Below the pieces are notes generated by a model that worked only from the letters and a program-made list of their open reading frames with translations, made no database searches and was not told the origin of the DNA. This document shows, piece after piece, positions 12,580-26,649 of a stretch of 56,372 nucleotides of DNA. This DNA comes from Pseudovirgaria hyperparasitica (Eukaryota). The first letter of the stretch is position 1. Each line of letters starts with the position of its first letter. The stretch lies in assembly GCA_010093815.1 (NCBI GenBank), contig ML996573.1; one strand, written 5' to 3'. Both the position numbers and the translations under genes were made by a program.

Positions 12580-15529
12580 AAGGGGGTCGGCGTGTCGGCG
12601 TTTATTAGATATAGTCTATACTCGTGTTATTAAAGAGTCTTCGAGTATATATATATAGTATCTCTATACGTCGGTATCGTCGCGTATTATACGCTATACG
12701 TATATACGTGTGTCGGAGGTTATTATACTTGGTATACTCTATCGTTTGATGTATATAAATCGCTGTTTTGCCCTGAATTGACCAGTTTGGTCCGTTAGGG
12801 TGTGAGAAGTTTTTTTTTAGCAAGTATATACCTATACTAATAGTATGTTTATAATAGTATATACTAGATCTTATAGTATTTCTCTTTAGCGGTAGATCCA
12901 CGTGGTCGTAAAGATAGTCTACTATTCTATCGTGCCTATATACTACGCTACTCTTTTATCGTATATAGACGGTATTACTAGAGTAGGGCCATCACCTAGT
13001 AAACTTAACGTTATATATAGAGTATTGTATATTTAACGTCGTTATTTTACGTGCTCTATGTTAGTACGGGATCGGATACCGGCTGTATATTTCCCCGCCT
13101 CTATTAAATTAACGAGTTATTACCAATAACTATACGGACTACTCGTGTTAATATAGCCGTAACGTACGTGTTATACCTACGCCTATTATATAGTATATAT
13201 ATCTTGTCTCTCTATTACCCTAGTAATATATACTATTCTCTATTCCGTCTACCTATGGCTATATCTAGCCAGCCGCGAATAAATAGCCGAGTAGAAGCGA
13301 GTCTCGATCTACTTTATATATTCAGAGCGTCCGACAGGTAGAAACTTCGGGTATATATAGAAGAGTTGATTTAGGAGGAATTTACTAGCCTATTACTAAA
13401 CCTACGTAGTAAGGAAGTAAAGGACCACTATATAAAACGAGAGTATTACCTATAGACGGTCACGGATAAATATATATTTATTAATAGTAGTTATACTATT
13501 TCACGGGTAGATACTATATATTAACTTAATACTATATTCTTAGTATTTACGCGTAACTGGCGGCGGTTAGCTAAATACTATTATATACGTTAAAACGATG
13601 CCCCGGGCTAGACGAGCTATCGTAATATTATATATACCCCACGAACCCGCCTAATATATCTAGCTAACCTAGTTATTTAACCGTCGGACTACTAGTATCT
13701 ATATCTCCTAAGGTAGCCGTGCCGCCGTGTTATATATATATATCTATAGTCCTTATCCGCGATCGTACTCGGGTTACCCTAGTACTAATAACGGCTATAT
13801 AGAATGGTATAACGCCGTTAAATGTTAAGGGTATAAAAATACGCGATATAGTAGGTCTTAGTATAAATAAACTATTAGAATTTATTAGCTTATCTATAGA
13901 TATACTAGGGGACGTAGACGGTTATAGGCATGGTCGCGTCTACCTAGAGTACCCGATTCTACCGAGCGAGTTAAGTAATATAATCCTTTATAAGGATAGT
14001 TTAGACTAGGTATTATAGTAGACTATTAAATAGGTACTAGGCTTAGGACTAGATCGGGTGGTTTTCCGCGTAGGCGATATAAACGGTATATTTAGAAGTC
14101 TACTATAACGTGTTAACTATAATCTAACTATATAGGAATGTCGCGCTATGAGTATAGTAGTAGGATTCATCCGTCTAGCGCGCGTAGGTAAGCTCGAGAT
14201 ATATATACGCCGATAGATATCGGTATATATTAATATATTACGACTACTAAGCGGTATATACTAATGTATGCTAGCATATCTAGTATATACCGGTATAATA
14301 CCGTCGCTCTTCCGTGGACATAACACCATTTATATATCTTAGGTTTTCGGTTATCGGTTATATATAGTGTTATATATACGGCGGATACCTTACTAGATTT
14401 AGGTCTTTCGTCGATAGTATATAGGTACGCCCTAGTCTACTTAATATAGGCGTAGTTAACGCTTCACCTACTTAAACGATGGACGTTAATAACGACGCGA
14501 CTAGTATATTTACCTATTATATTATTAGCTAGCTAACGTTATATTAGGAGAGTCGAGCGCCGCCGTTCTACCTACTCTACCCGTTAATATTAATATGCTA
14601 GTAATTATAACCTAATCGCCTTACGAATCGATATATAATGCTAGTACGCTCGAGAGTTCGAGCGAATATATAAAAGTCCGATATTATATACCATTTAGGG
14701 CCGGGGAGGAAGCGCCTACCGGCGTAGTAGTTATTAAGGCGATGGTAGAAGTCTATATATAACTAGATATACTAAGTCTACCTTCTTCTTATATAGTCCT
14801 ATTACTAGATAATGTTACCGGTTTTAATATTATAGGAGAGGAGTTTATAGATACGAACCTATGAATATCGGTATAATATCGGCTCGATAGTACGTATTAT
14901 AGCATAAGGGAAGTTATATTTAAGCGGTAGTTAGACACGTGCGCTAGTATACTAATGGACATATAGTATCTCTACTATAAATCGAATAGGTAAGGCATAG
15001 CTAGTAATATCTCACTACCTAGAAGAGATAGTTACTATAGAATTTAGGAGATAGACTCGGCGTCTATAGCGTTAGTATATCGGACGGTTAAACTTTTATG
15101 TAATACTATTTACTTATACCTATATTTATCTAAGCCCCGATTCGATAGCCTTCTATAACGTACTATATACTCGGTCGGCGAGCTACTAGACTCATATAAT
15201 AGTAGTATACTACCCCACTTTATATACTACTTAAGCTACTATTACTTTAGCCTACGTTAATCTTAGCTTTCTTTAGTTGTCCCTATATTATAAAAGAAAA
15301 CTTCTATAAACCTTTCCTCTACTTATCTTGGTTTTTAAACCTAAATCTTACCTTCTATACTTTATTCCGTGTTAATTACGACTATATACGAACGCTACGT
15401 CGAACTCGACTCTATTAACCCCTAAGGTCTATTCAATATAATAGTTAATGAGGTTATATTTATAGTTTATAATATAGATTAAGAACTCGTTATATTTAGC
15501 GATATTTAGGACCAGTCTACGCTCGACGT

Positions 15530-15860
15530 GATTAAGCCTTACGTTTAAGCCGAGTCTTACGTTTAAGTCGAGCCTTACGTTTAAGTTAAGCCTTATACTT
15601 AAGTCGAGCCTTACGTTTAAGCTAAGCCTTACGTTTAAGTCGAGCCTTATACTTAAGCCGATTCTTATGTTTAAGCCGAGCCTTACGCTTAAGCCGATCC
15701 TTACGTTTAAGCCGAGCCTTACGTTTAAGCCGATCCTCATATTTAAGTCGAGCCTTATATTTAAGCCGATCCTTATGTTTAAGCCGATCCTTATATTTAA
15801 GCTAAGCCTTACGTTTAAGCCGAGCCTTACGTTTAAGCCGAGCCTTACGCTTAAGTTAAA
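15530..15860 (+). repeat. 18-bp tandem repeat (~18 units) encoding approximately (VQAEPH)n in the helicase frame
   Basis: Unit ~gtttaagccgagccttac, i.e. RIP'd gtt caa gcc gag cct cac; in frame with the Walker A motif. Confidence 0.9.
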
Positions 15861-18800
15861 GCTTATAATACGACTACCGTCTCGACTAATAATAAACTAC
15901 TCGTCCTTAGTATACTTACTAGTAACTACCGTCCTAACGACGAGTATAAACTTAAGAAGGTCCAAAGTAGTAAGGCTCCCGTTCCTACTTACGCTACCTA
16001 TTAGATCTCTCTTATATAGGGCGATCTATAGTTAACCTTTAGGAATGTCTATGGTATTAGTAGAGAAATAGATGGACTTAAGTAGGAACAAGCGAAAACT
16101 CAAGCTAAGCTTAAGCTAGTAGTATTTAAGGCTTATAGTAAAGGTCATAGCTTCGAAGAGTCGATTAGTTATATATATAGATTCCTTGAATTCCCTAAGT
16201 ACCGCTCTTAGATTAAGTTATATACTCGCTTCCGATGGATTAACGAAGGGAAATTAGTATCCTTAATAAGCTTACTCCGCTTTAATCGTACTAATATCCT
16301 TCTATTATCTGACTACCCTACGGTATAGATCTTTAAGGTTAAGTAAGTAGACGACTTTATTAAGTATTTTTCTAAACTTCCTAATCTTATTATAAGCGAA
16401 GCGGATAAAGCTAATATACTATATATTAATACCGGCCTCTACGAAGACCCTCGCGACTTTTAGGTTATTAAACTTATAGCTAGCGAGCTTCTTAGTATAG
16501 ATTTTACTATCCCATTATATGTTAGACCCGATATAATATACGAACGAGTGAAGTAATTCTTTAAAGATCTAGGTACTTATACTATAGTTCGTATCTTGCT
16601 ACCGCTATATAACCCTATGGATCTTACCGGCTTTAATAATAAGCTTAAACTAGAGAGCGATCTAATTAATTCATAGTATATAGGAGTTACTACTCCCTAT
16701 ATATAATACAGTATAATAAGTAGGCCGGACACTTAGCCCTAGATCTCTATTCCCTACCGCGAGTCATTCGATAAGAAATTTAACTATCTAATATATATTA
16801 CTATGAGTACCTTATAAGACGAATAGGCGGATCTTCTATTATCCTAATTCTAAGACGTTACTATCGGGTATATCTAGCTCTTAGGTGTTACTCGGGTGCT
16901 CTTAGCTATCGTCTATCCTATCGATGCGAAAGGATTCTATCGCATAGAACTAGGTAGTTATGGGTACCTTAAAGTAGATTTAAAGGATTATAATAACGAC
17001 GTATACCGCTTTAAAGTCCTTTAATTTCGCCTAGGCGTCCTTCTATTCGAATGCCTCGCTCTAAAAGTCTTTAATAAGGTTAGGCGTCCTTCTAAAGCAC
17101 CTAAGGTACCGATTATATTAATAGATACGGTTACTAATGTAACTTAAGCTCGTCCTAAACATTTTATTCGGACTAGCGATACTAGTTTAAGTACGATTAG
17201 GTCGTCTCTTACTACGCTCATAGGGTTCACGGACGTTCTAGCTTTAGTTAGTGTATAAACCTATAATAAGCTTACTAAGTAACGCATTAATACGTGCTAG
17301 AAACTAATCTACCACGCCGTGTAAGCTCCTAGAGACGACGGCGTAGACGACCACGCCGCTTAGGATGCGTTTAATGCGATGGTCCCTAATGTTATCGTAG
17401 ACTCGGTGTCTATATCTCTAATGTATAGGTCCCCTAACCCTAACGACGAGATTCTAGATTATAGTATAGAGCCTTAGGATACCCTTATTACTCTTTCTAA
17501 ATTATCTATATCCCTAGATAATAATAAGGACATGAATATAGAATATAGTCACGATGTTATTAGCGACGAAGGTTCTATTACTAGCCCCGTCGCCGATATA
17601 TATACACTTCTAATATTATCTAAAGTCTACTCTAGTGTTCTATCCCCTTTACTACCCTCCGTATAGGACCTAATACTTAGTAATAACTACCTGAATCTTT
17701 AACCCGTCGACTATAACCGCTACGTTAAAGATTATAAAAGATTCCACGATCTCTAGAATATTATACGTTTAGAACTATCTCCCTAATACTAGTATATCTA
17801 TATATAGGCGACGGACGTACTTAGAGCTTAGTTTCTACTTCACGGCTATGGAGGAGCTAGGAAGAGCCATTTATGGCTTCGTCTACTACTGGCTATACTT
17901 CTAATTAACGAAATAAACGGTACTTCTATTATCGCTTATACTACTAAGGTAGTTATCCTATCTAGTGATGTAATAGCGCACCTCCCTACGCTAGGTTCTA
18001 CCTAAATATATAGGATATATATATATATTATTATCGGTCTAACTAACGAAACCTACAACAACGCTATAAGAAAAGCATATAAATATATAAGTAATATATT
18101 TACTCGCTATAAGTCTCTAAAGATACTAGTCGTTCTTCGAAGATACCTCGAAGCCGTTAATCGAGAGGTTTTCTTTACTATAGCTAGACTATCTCGTTAC
18201 GGCGACCCTCTTATCGGGCCAACCTAGAACGATATAATAGGCGGTACTATCCTCGCGTAAGCCTAGGCCGACTATAGTAAACGACCATCGGAATATAGTA
18301 CGGATCCCCGTGCTCGTCTATAGAAACTATATACCGGTTACGTTACGCTCGAGGTTGTTAGACTCATTAAATCTCGATACTAATATAAATAGATCCCTAA
18401 GAATTTCGAGAAAGAAACGGCTTAGCTATTACGCGCTATCTATAAATATTATACTTATAATAAGGATATGTCTAAGGAGGAGTATAATAGGATGAACGAG
18501 CTATACCTCGCTACCTAGGATCTAGTTACTATCCACGCCTAGATTCATGTAGAGACCCTATATATTATAAACATCGCTAAGGTAGCCCGTAATATATATC
18601 CGATTTTGGTCGTAATAGAAGAGGCTACGTATATCCTTAAAAGTAATACACTCGGGATTATCGTTAATTATACTACTATAGAATGGTAACCGACATTTAT
18701 TTACGTTGGCGACCCACGCTAGCTCGATACCTACTAGCGTAATAGTACTAATATATAGGCCGTAAACTAGAGGATCTCCTTTATAAAGCGCTAGATATAA

Positions 18801-19856
18801 TATAGTTTCCCGACTACTCGCCTTACCGAGTTAGAACGCTTAGTTCCTAGAATAATAAACGTTATATTACTAATTACTTACTTGGGTAAGCTAACGACCT
18901 CGCCCCGTATAATAAATGATATCGATATACTACTCGCAGAGACCGTTTAATAAATATTTGGAATCCGTGGCTATTAATATATTATATACGCTAATGTTAA
19001 CGGGGATCACGCGTACACGGTGAATAACTTAATATATAACATAGACTTATTACGTTTTACTTAGTGGATTATTACCGAGCTCTTCCGTCATAGCGTCGTA
19101 CTCGATCGCGTGCTCTATATTTCTATATATACCGCCTAACGTAATCTGTTTAAAGGGATAGTTAGGAACTCGCTTCTAACTATACTTGCCGTAGCGGATA
19201 AAGCTCGATTTAATGCCCTACCTAAGCCGGTATAGAAGCTTGTCTAATGGCGTTCATAGGACGGTTCTTAGGGTTATAATAATAATATAGTCCTTATTAA
19301 CCCGGTCTAAACCAATCGCTTCGGCTTCCTCTCGGAAGTAAACCGTAACGTCGTTACTATTACGCGCGCTAAATAGATAATAGTTATTATCGCTAACTTC
19401 GTATCTCTTAAGAGGTAGAAAGTCCTAGACGGTATACTCGGCGAGATATAGAACAAGTGCTCTAAGATTCATGCGATATACACGTGCACGACCCCCGATC
19501 TAGATGGCCTCCCTCTACTCTCTAACATGTCTAATCCCTAATATGGTCGCCCTATACTTAGTATTAGAGAGAGGGGAGAATAAAGCGATTAATAAACTAC
19601 CGATGGTACTAAGCCCCGTAAGCTACTAGTCTACTATAAATGTAATATTAAAGGATATAAGTCTATTAAGTATCTAAGAGGGTCGACGCTTATATATAAT
19701 AACTATTAGGACATCAGCTATAAAGCTAATGTTTACCCTAAACCTAAGACGCTTACGGGTACGTTTTACTATAATTATAGAACTACCAATTATACTTAGC
19801 GTTATTATTCTAGCCGTACTAAATTACTAGCACGTATAAATAGTAATAATCTAGTT

Positions 19857-19940
19857 AATACTACTAGAGCTAATACTACTAGAGCTAATACTACTAGAAC
19901 TAATACTACTAGAACTAATACTACTAGAGCTAATACTACT
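19857..19940 (+). repeat. 15-bp tandem repeat (~5.5 units) in the helicase C-terminal tail
   Basis: taatactactaga(g/a)c repeated. Confidence 0.9.
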
Positions 19941-21339
19941 AACGAAGTAACTACTAGCGGCTAGGACGATAGAGACTACGAGGATGCTAACTAAGACGGC
20001 GGTTTTACGATATATAAAGACATGGAAGTCAATTGGTAATAGTATACGATTAGACTCACGTGTTAGGGCTACTTAGTCACGGCTTCTTAGTAAGTATACC
20101 TCTATATCTATTTTAGATATAGTTACGATATTCTACTAGGTAGATAGTTTAGCTCTATTAAAGACCTATTAAGGGTATTTCTATTACGTCTACTCTAGTA
20201 TAGACGCGCTATTAGATAATACGGCGCCACTAGACACGTTAACTAGTACCCACCGATTAAGAAATAAACATGATTCTATATCTACCACGAGCCCCGGCCT
20301 AATAACGTAGGCTTCCTTTAGTTATCCCCTTTATACTTTTAAAACTACTTCTAGCCTTTATATCGGGAGATATTACTATCTAAAGAGAAAATATAAAAAA
20401 ATATACGCCCTAATCAAAGCCTCTATCTTTAGACTTTAACTATAATATATACGGGATATAGTAAACCTAAATATCGCGTACTTTAAAAGCATGGAAGAAT
20501 ATAATACTCGAATATAACGAAATATAGGCTCACGATACTCGGAGAGTACCTAGGGATAAGCATATGAATATAAAATGGGATAAGACTAACGCGGCACCTC
20601 GTATATGCGTAGCTATATACCGTTCTAGACGTAGTCGCCTACGATATAACATTGCGAGATAAGAATCATGGCTATCCAATTCTATTAAGGGTATTAGACG
20701 ATATAAAGTGAATAATTATACGCCCGACCACGCTACGCTAAGTTACGTGTATGTTATAAACGCGTGTTCGAGGAATAATAAGGATATAAACGAGGTTCAC
20801 CTAGTAGGTACCTCGTTATTCCGGCTTCTACCTCTATCGTCCGACCTATACCTCCGTCTTCCTCGCGCCTATAATATACTACACGTATACTATATAATTA
20901 GTCCGTAAATTATAAACACTATATTAACTATACACGTTAACTATATACGATTAATATATCGAATCCGATTCTATAATAAAGTAACCGTCCGAATATAGTA
21001 ATTACTATAGTACTACTTCGTATCTTAAGCCTAGATATATAAGTAAAGCGTAAAGCTATAGAGGCGCGTATAAGGTAGCTATATATAGAAGTATATATGG
21101 CTACTCTACTCGTAGACCATGGGTGTTGAACTAAGAACGAGCTCGGCGTAAAAAGAGCACGTGAGATTATTAATAAGGTAGCGGGCGAATTCCTAGTAGT
21201 ATAGGAAAGAGTAGTAGAGTATATAGAGATAAAGGCGCTATACTATATCTACGACTAGGTATATACTATAGTATAGAAAACCATATATTATAGAAAAACT
21301 ATCTCCGAGTGTAAGAAGAGGCGTGTAATTATAGCCCTA

Positions 21340-21460
21340 TATTCTACGATCTTATAATCCCTACCTATCACGACCTTATAACCTCCGCCTATCGCGACCT
21401 TATAACCCCTACCTATCACGACCTTATAGCTCTCGTATACTACGACCTTATAGCCTATAC
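21340..21460 (+). repeat. 24-bp degenerate tandem repeat (~5 units) inside an unidentified cargo ORF remnant
   Basis: Unit ~ctacctatcacgaccttataaccc. Confidence 0.75.
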
Positions 21461-22949
21461 TCGTAGCGGTCCCATAGTCTACTAACGTATATACTATAAG
21501 AAAAATTAAATTTATAATTAGATTTAACGATAACGTATTCCTCAAAATACTAGTACCTACGTCTAACTAGTAGAAAGACCATAGCGACGCTTCGTGTATT
21601 AATTTAGTAGTATTTATACGGCGAATTAGAATCTAATACGTAATAAAGACTAGGAGGGCACTTGACTAGAGCCGTACTACCATGCATTCTATTATACTAG
21701 TAGTTAAGTATACGATAAGTAAAACGGAACTAGAGGTAGATATTAGATAGCTCCTATAGTTAGTAATCGAATGTATTCTAGAATATAGTAATAGTATAAT
21801 ACTTCTCGGCCTTAGATAGGATATAGATGGTATACCCGAAGTAAAATAAAATATAAACCAGCGACTAACACATGATAGTATAGACGGCTATATATAGGTT
21901 ACGCTCGAATAAATCCGTCCCTCCGTCCCTAATACTATACTCGCTATGATTAGTATAATAATAGTAATAGAAAGCTACCGTCTATGACGGTAGAGATACC
22001 TACGGAGATAGTATTATAGGTAGTAGATAGTATTACCTAAACGACTTAACCCTTCCTCTAGCGATACTATATATACTACTATCGGTACCCGGGAAGTTAT
22101 AAGACCAATCTATAAGCTCTAAAGATAGTAACTTCGAAAGCCTTAAAAGTACCTTAGATATAGAGGATATGGATATCGCTTTTAAAGACTAATAGAATAA
22201 TAAAAAGGGTGCTAGAGGTAGTAAGAGTAGCGTGTGTACTTGGCTAAGGCGATACGATCCGACGTAAGACGGCTTCTATCTACTATATATTAGTATATGC
22301 CCGATTCTACTAGCTATATAACTATAGCGTATATATTTAGTTAAGACGTTATAATACCGGTATAAGCCGGCGTCTACCTAGTTCACGTCGGGATACGCCC
22401 GGTCCTACTAGCTATATTATTACTACGACTATAATTATATAAGATCTACTCTAATAATTAAATATTTACTTATATACTTTACTTCCTCCGTACTTATTGA
22501 AATTATATTATAATCGCTAAACGCGGTGACTTAACTTCTACCGCCTAAATCTAGTTTTCATATCTTGTCGCCATTAACGCCGTCTTACTACCTATGGCCT
22601 AAGTCGCATATAGGAATAGATAGGTATAACGAGAGTTACGACTATCCTAGTTTAACTACCGGCCATAGAATGGCTAACCGTGACACGTATATACGACGTG
22701 CGGAGGCCTTAAGCGTTAGCGCCCTCCTACCTTATATCTAGTATCTCTAAGGTCTATATCTAATACCCGAAACAAGTCATGATATATATAGGGCTACTAT
22801 TATTAAGATAGTAAGTAAAGAAGTAGTAATAGAGCTTAAAACTAGTAGTATAGATACTACTATACTCTATAGAATAGTTAAGGAAACCGTTACTAGAGAA
22901 TTCAATTAGTATATCGCGGCTATAAATAGTAAGTTAGTACCGATGGTTA

Positions 22950-25900
22950 CGACCATAGATATAACAGAGGCTAAACTAGATATAGATACTATAGGCATAG
23001 GTACGTAGACATAGTTACCGCTAGAATATAAGAAGAAAGATAATATAGAAGATGCTAAAATGGAAGACGACGTAGCTAGTATACTTAGACATATATATAT
23101 ATATACGGTCCTAGATACTAATATTAGAGTAGTATCGAAGATAGGTGCGGCTATAACCACCGACATAGATAATCTACCTATGAATGTCGTCGTGCCTAGC
23201 GAAGCTTATCTACGCGTAAACATACTAGCCATAGAGATATAGTTATAGTTACCGCCGGAATATACGGAGAAAGAGAATGTAGAAGATACTAAAATGGAAG
23301 ACGACGTAGCTAGTATACTTAGACACATATATATATATATAGTCCTAGATACTAATATTAGAGTAGTATCGAAGATAGGTACGGCTATAACTACCGACAT
23401 AGATAATCTATCTATGAATGTCGTCGTGTCTAGCGAAGCTTATCCACGCGTAAACATACTAGCTATAGAGATATAGTTATAGTTACCGCCGGAATATATA
23501 GAGAAAGAGAACGTGGAAGATACTAAAATAGAAGACGACGTAGCTAGTATACTTAGATACATATATATATATATAGTCCTAGATACTAACATTAGAGTAG
23601 TATCGAAGATAGGTGCGCCTATAATTACCGATATAGATAATTCCCCCACGAATGCCGTCGTGCCTCTAGATACCGGCGAGACTTATCTATAGCTACTAGA
23701 AATAAAGAGAATACTCTCGGATAATATAGTAAACCTAGTCGATTCTCCGAAACGCCTAAAACTAGAATATATTATACTACTAGATGTCGACCGGTAGACA
23801 CGTGAAAACCAGGAACTATTCGGGTTAGTAGATAATTTATATAGTAGATATATATTAGATAGTACATTAGCGAACGACCTTAACTTTAAAATTCTTTCTA
23901 TAGACGACGACTCTAATAGAGACGAAGTAAAGCTAGATATAGAGGACTTAATTCCGGTAGATAATAATGTTAGTACGAAACTATAGAAAGCGTAAGTTAT
24001 ACTAAGAAGTAAGTAGGAATATACACTACTATACTAATATACCTATAGAATATTCGCCGTTAATAACTCTAATAAAGTAGTCTAAGCTATCTCTTATTAT
24101 ACGGAAGAGATGCGGTTACTTACTATAAGTATATTTAGGCTTACGCTAGACAACCTAATAAAGGAGTTCGGCTATATACCTACTCTATATCTAGCCTTTA
24201 GTATAAGTAGGTTATATAGGCCATGGGCCAGCTAGTTACTCGCGGTAGTTACTATATTTAAGTAGTAGGCGGGTCCGTAGAAGTGCTAGATCTTAGTAGA
24301 TAGTCTAGGGCTAGGGAAGATAATCGTGCTTATAACGTTCATCCGCCTCGCGTTTTATTAGGACTTTCTACGCGATAATATAGAACTTAATCTAGGAAAT
24401 TATCTATAACCGACTTAAGACTCGGGCATAGATAGAAAGTGCCCGATATAATCTCTATATCCGATTAAATGTCCGTGTAGCTAGACCGATAATTTCGTCC
24501 ATGTGCCCCGCCTTTAAGGACTATTTATACTATACTACCTAAGGTCCCTTCTAATAGCGCATTGGCCGTAGCGCTTTAAATAGATGTATAATAATACGGA
24601 TAGTATATTTACCGATTAAATCGATAAACGGAACCTAATAAAGATAATAGTACGGCTAACGTACTCGAAAACCCTTACTAACGCCCCTAGTATCCGATAA
24701 TTCTCGTATATAGACCGATAATACTTAGCTAAGAGATACCTACACCCCGAATGGGAACATAGCGTTAATATTAGTAATACTACTAAATTCGAGACCGACG
24801 AGGAGTATATCGTTAGAGCATGGTCGATTCCCGTTAATAGAACCGCTACTACCGAATTTCCGTCGCGATACACGAAGAACTATATAATCTATAGCACCGT
24901 CTAGAGTATAGAACCCTAATATCTTAAATCTTTTAAGGGACGCGTGGTTATAAGAGTAAAGAGGGCGAAACAATTTAGTACTAAAAATACTTAAACTCGT
25001 GAAGTAGCATTCCTTAGTATATTAATAGTAGACAAGTTCTATTCCGTAAAGAACCCCGATATAAAATAGTATAAATATACGATATATAATACCCTTATAT
25101 TTAGTATATAGGTTAGTGTAACGCCCCTCTCGAATAGTCTAGTAGATATTCTAGCGGCTATCGAGGTAGGTGCTCTAGATAAGTTACCTAACTACGTTAA
25201 CGATAATACTACTAAAAGGGTATTTAAGAGCCTATAGAATAAAACTATAAGAAAGATTATTATAACGTGGTCGAATAAACTCCTTAGTTTAATAAAAGGT
25301 AAGTCGGCGGACACGATGGCCGCGATAGTCCGTAGGGCATTAGAAACCATAGAAGGTAAGCGTATACTACGTATGGTAGCCGATTAGTATTTACTATTCA
25401 TCCTATAACGGGGACTACTAACTAAATAGTTTAATGGAGAGGTATATCTATCTACGATATTAAAGCTAGTAGTAGAGTTTATATCTATCCCGGCTATAGA
25501 ACTAGAGAAGATAATCATATAGTTATATAAGAATAGAGGTAGATAGTTTAATAATCTATAGCCTAACGGAACGCCGCGGGACTCGTAGATATAATCTACC
25601 GCCTAGAGTAAATCGAAAGGGGGTACCGGGTCCGGGCTTAACGTATACTACTATTAGGCTAGACTAGCTACTACGTGTATACTACTTATATACCTTACTA
25701 ATAAAAAGATAGAAGACGAGTAAATTAATATTACGCTTACGCGTCGGAGGGATAGTAATAATAGTATACTAAGTAAGATAATCACTAATCCCGTATGCGA
25801 AGCGCTTCTATAGCTAGATAAGGCCATGCGAAAGAAGATAGTATCGCTAGCTAATAAACACGCTTTAAAGGTAAACTAGATCCGTAACTTCATTAATAAT

Positions 25901-26520
25901 AACGTTTATAATGAAAGTACTAGACGCGCGCGATAAACATCCGCCAACTACCCGGAGAAAATCGTACTCGTATATACCGTACCGGTAAGCTTAATATTCC
26001 TATACTTAGTAAGTGTTTACACTACCTACTAGTAACGTAATTCACTAATATATATAGGTACTACGTCCATATATATAAGCGAAAATATTAGTATATTTAC
26101 TAGCCAGCCTAAGTACGTCCGAATTAAATAAGGTATATAGATTATTTAGATCGACTAAGTCGGATTCTCCGTGTATTCTACTAGTATTAGCTTCGTAGGT
26201 CTACGAAGGATAAGACCTAATAGTCGCTGGTTTTATAGTGTTAGTAGACTAATACTTACGTAAGGAGACGTGGCCGTAGGTAAGTATAAGATATTATCGC
26301 CATAGATAATATCGGCCTATAGTATATGCGTATACTTTAATTTTAGACTATTTAGAGGTTAAGGCTAGACTCGCCGCGTTAGGTAAGGTAATCGAAAGCA
26401 CGAGGATATAAGCCTTAGACCTAGGAAAAGAAGATATAGCTACGGTAGAGATAGCTATATCTAATATACTAGTAATAGGCGTACGCTTTAATCCCATAGA
26501 GATATAGTAGTATAGAAGTA
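22950..26520 (+). pseudogene. SNF2/SWI2-family ATPase with N-terminal 78-aa repeats
   Basis: Same-frame reverted motifs ILAD.PGLGKTI (24290), P.SLL..HW, LIVDEFHSVKN (25022-25054) and SATPLSNSL. After a probable intron (gtaagt at ~26009) comes QAS.RCHRHGQ.RP.VYAY.L (~26278-26340). Ends approximate. Confidence 0.82.
22990..23665 (+). repeat. 234-bp tandem repeat, ~3 copies
   Basis: at(g/a)gaagacgacgtagctagtatacttaga at 23060, 23294 and 23528. Confidence 0.95.
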
Positions 26521-26649
26521 AGTAAGGTAGTTAGTTAATTAGCTTCTAAGAGACTAGATAGCATGGTAGTATAAATACAAACCGCTGTTTACTCGTGATT
26601 ATATATCTATATATATCTATACGTGAAGAGAAATAAGATATTTATTCTA

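Larger units (their letters stand above)
7530..12837 (-). mobile_element. Full-length Tad1-like LINE, RIP-degraded
   Basis: (TTA)n 3' tail at ~7530-7550. TSD taatagtatgtttat at 7515-7529 and 12838-12852. ORF1 and ORF2 remnants present. Confidence 0.93.
7190..13750 (+). pseudogene. Unidentified cargo ORF apparently interrupted by the LINE
   Basis: Removing the LINE and one TSD copy gives a + frame with only TAA/TAG stops that runs into ...FRASDRxKLR.Y.EELIxEEF..LL.NLRSKEVKDH.... No family recognised; ends uncertain. Confidence 0.3.
15384..20039 (+). pseudogene. UPF1/DNA2/NAM7-like SF1 helicase (~1550 codons) with an N-terminal hexapeptide repeat and three C-terminal CCHC knuckles
   Basis: All checked motifs share one frame: Walker A LHGYGGAGKS (17838), EEA (~18618), YVGDPRQL (~18702), ISFMER, YTAQR, DGSQG, GFLSE.NRNVVAITRAK (~19323-19375), and CYKC..GH...C / CYNC..GH...C / CYNC...H...C (19632-19810). 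Start codon inferred as a RIP'd ATG. Confidence 0.88.

Noticed and set aside
11621..12901. Track ORFs 11621-12025(+) and 12605-12901(-)
   Set aside because: One is antisense to LINE ORF1 and the other lies over its 5' UTR. Both have the I/Y/L-rich composition typical of RIP'd DNA.
15429..16035. Track ORFs 15429-15740(-) and 15667-16035(+)
   Set aside because: Off-frame readings of the 18-bp repeat. The frame continuous with the helicase motifs is a different one.
3046..26520. Alternative genetic code (TAA/TAG read as Gln) explaining the long interrupted frames
   Set aside because: Stops replace both Gln and Trp and come with pervasive C->T/G->A missense changes, while the host genes use the standard code. 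This is RIP.
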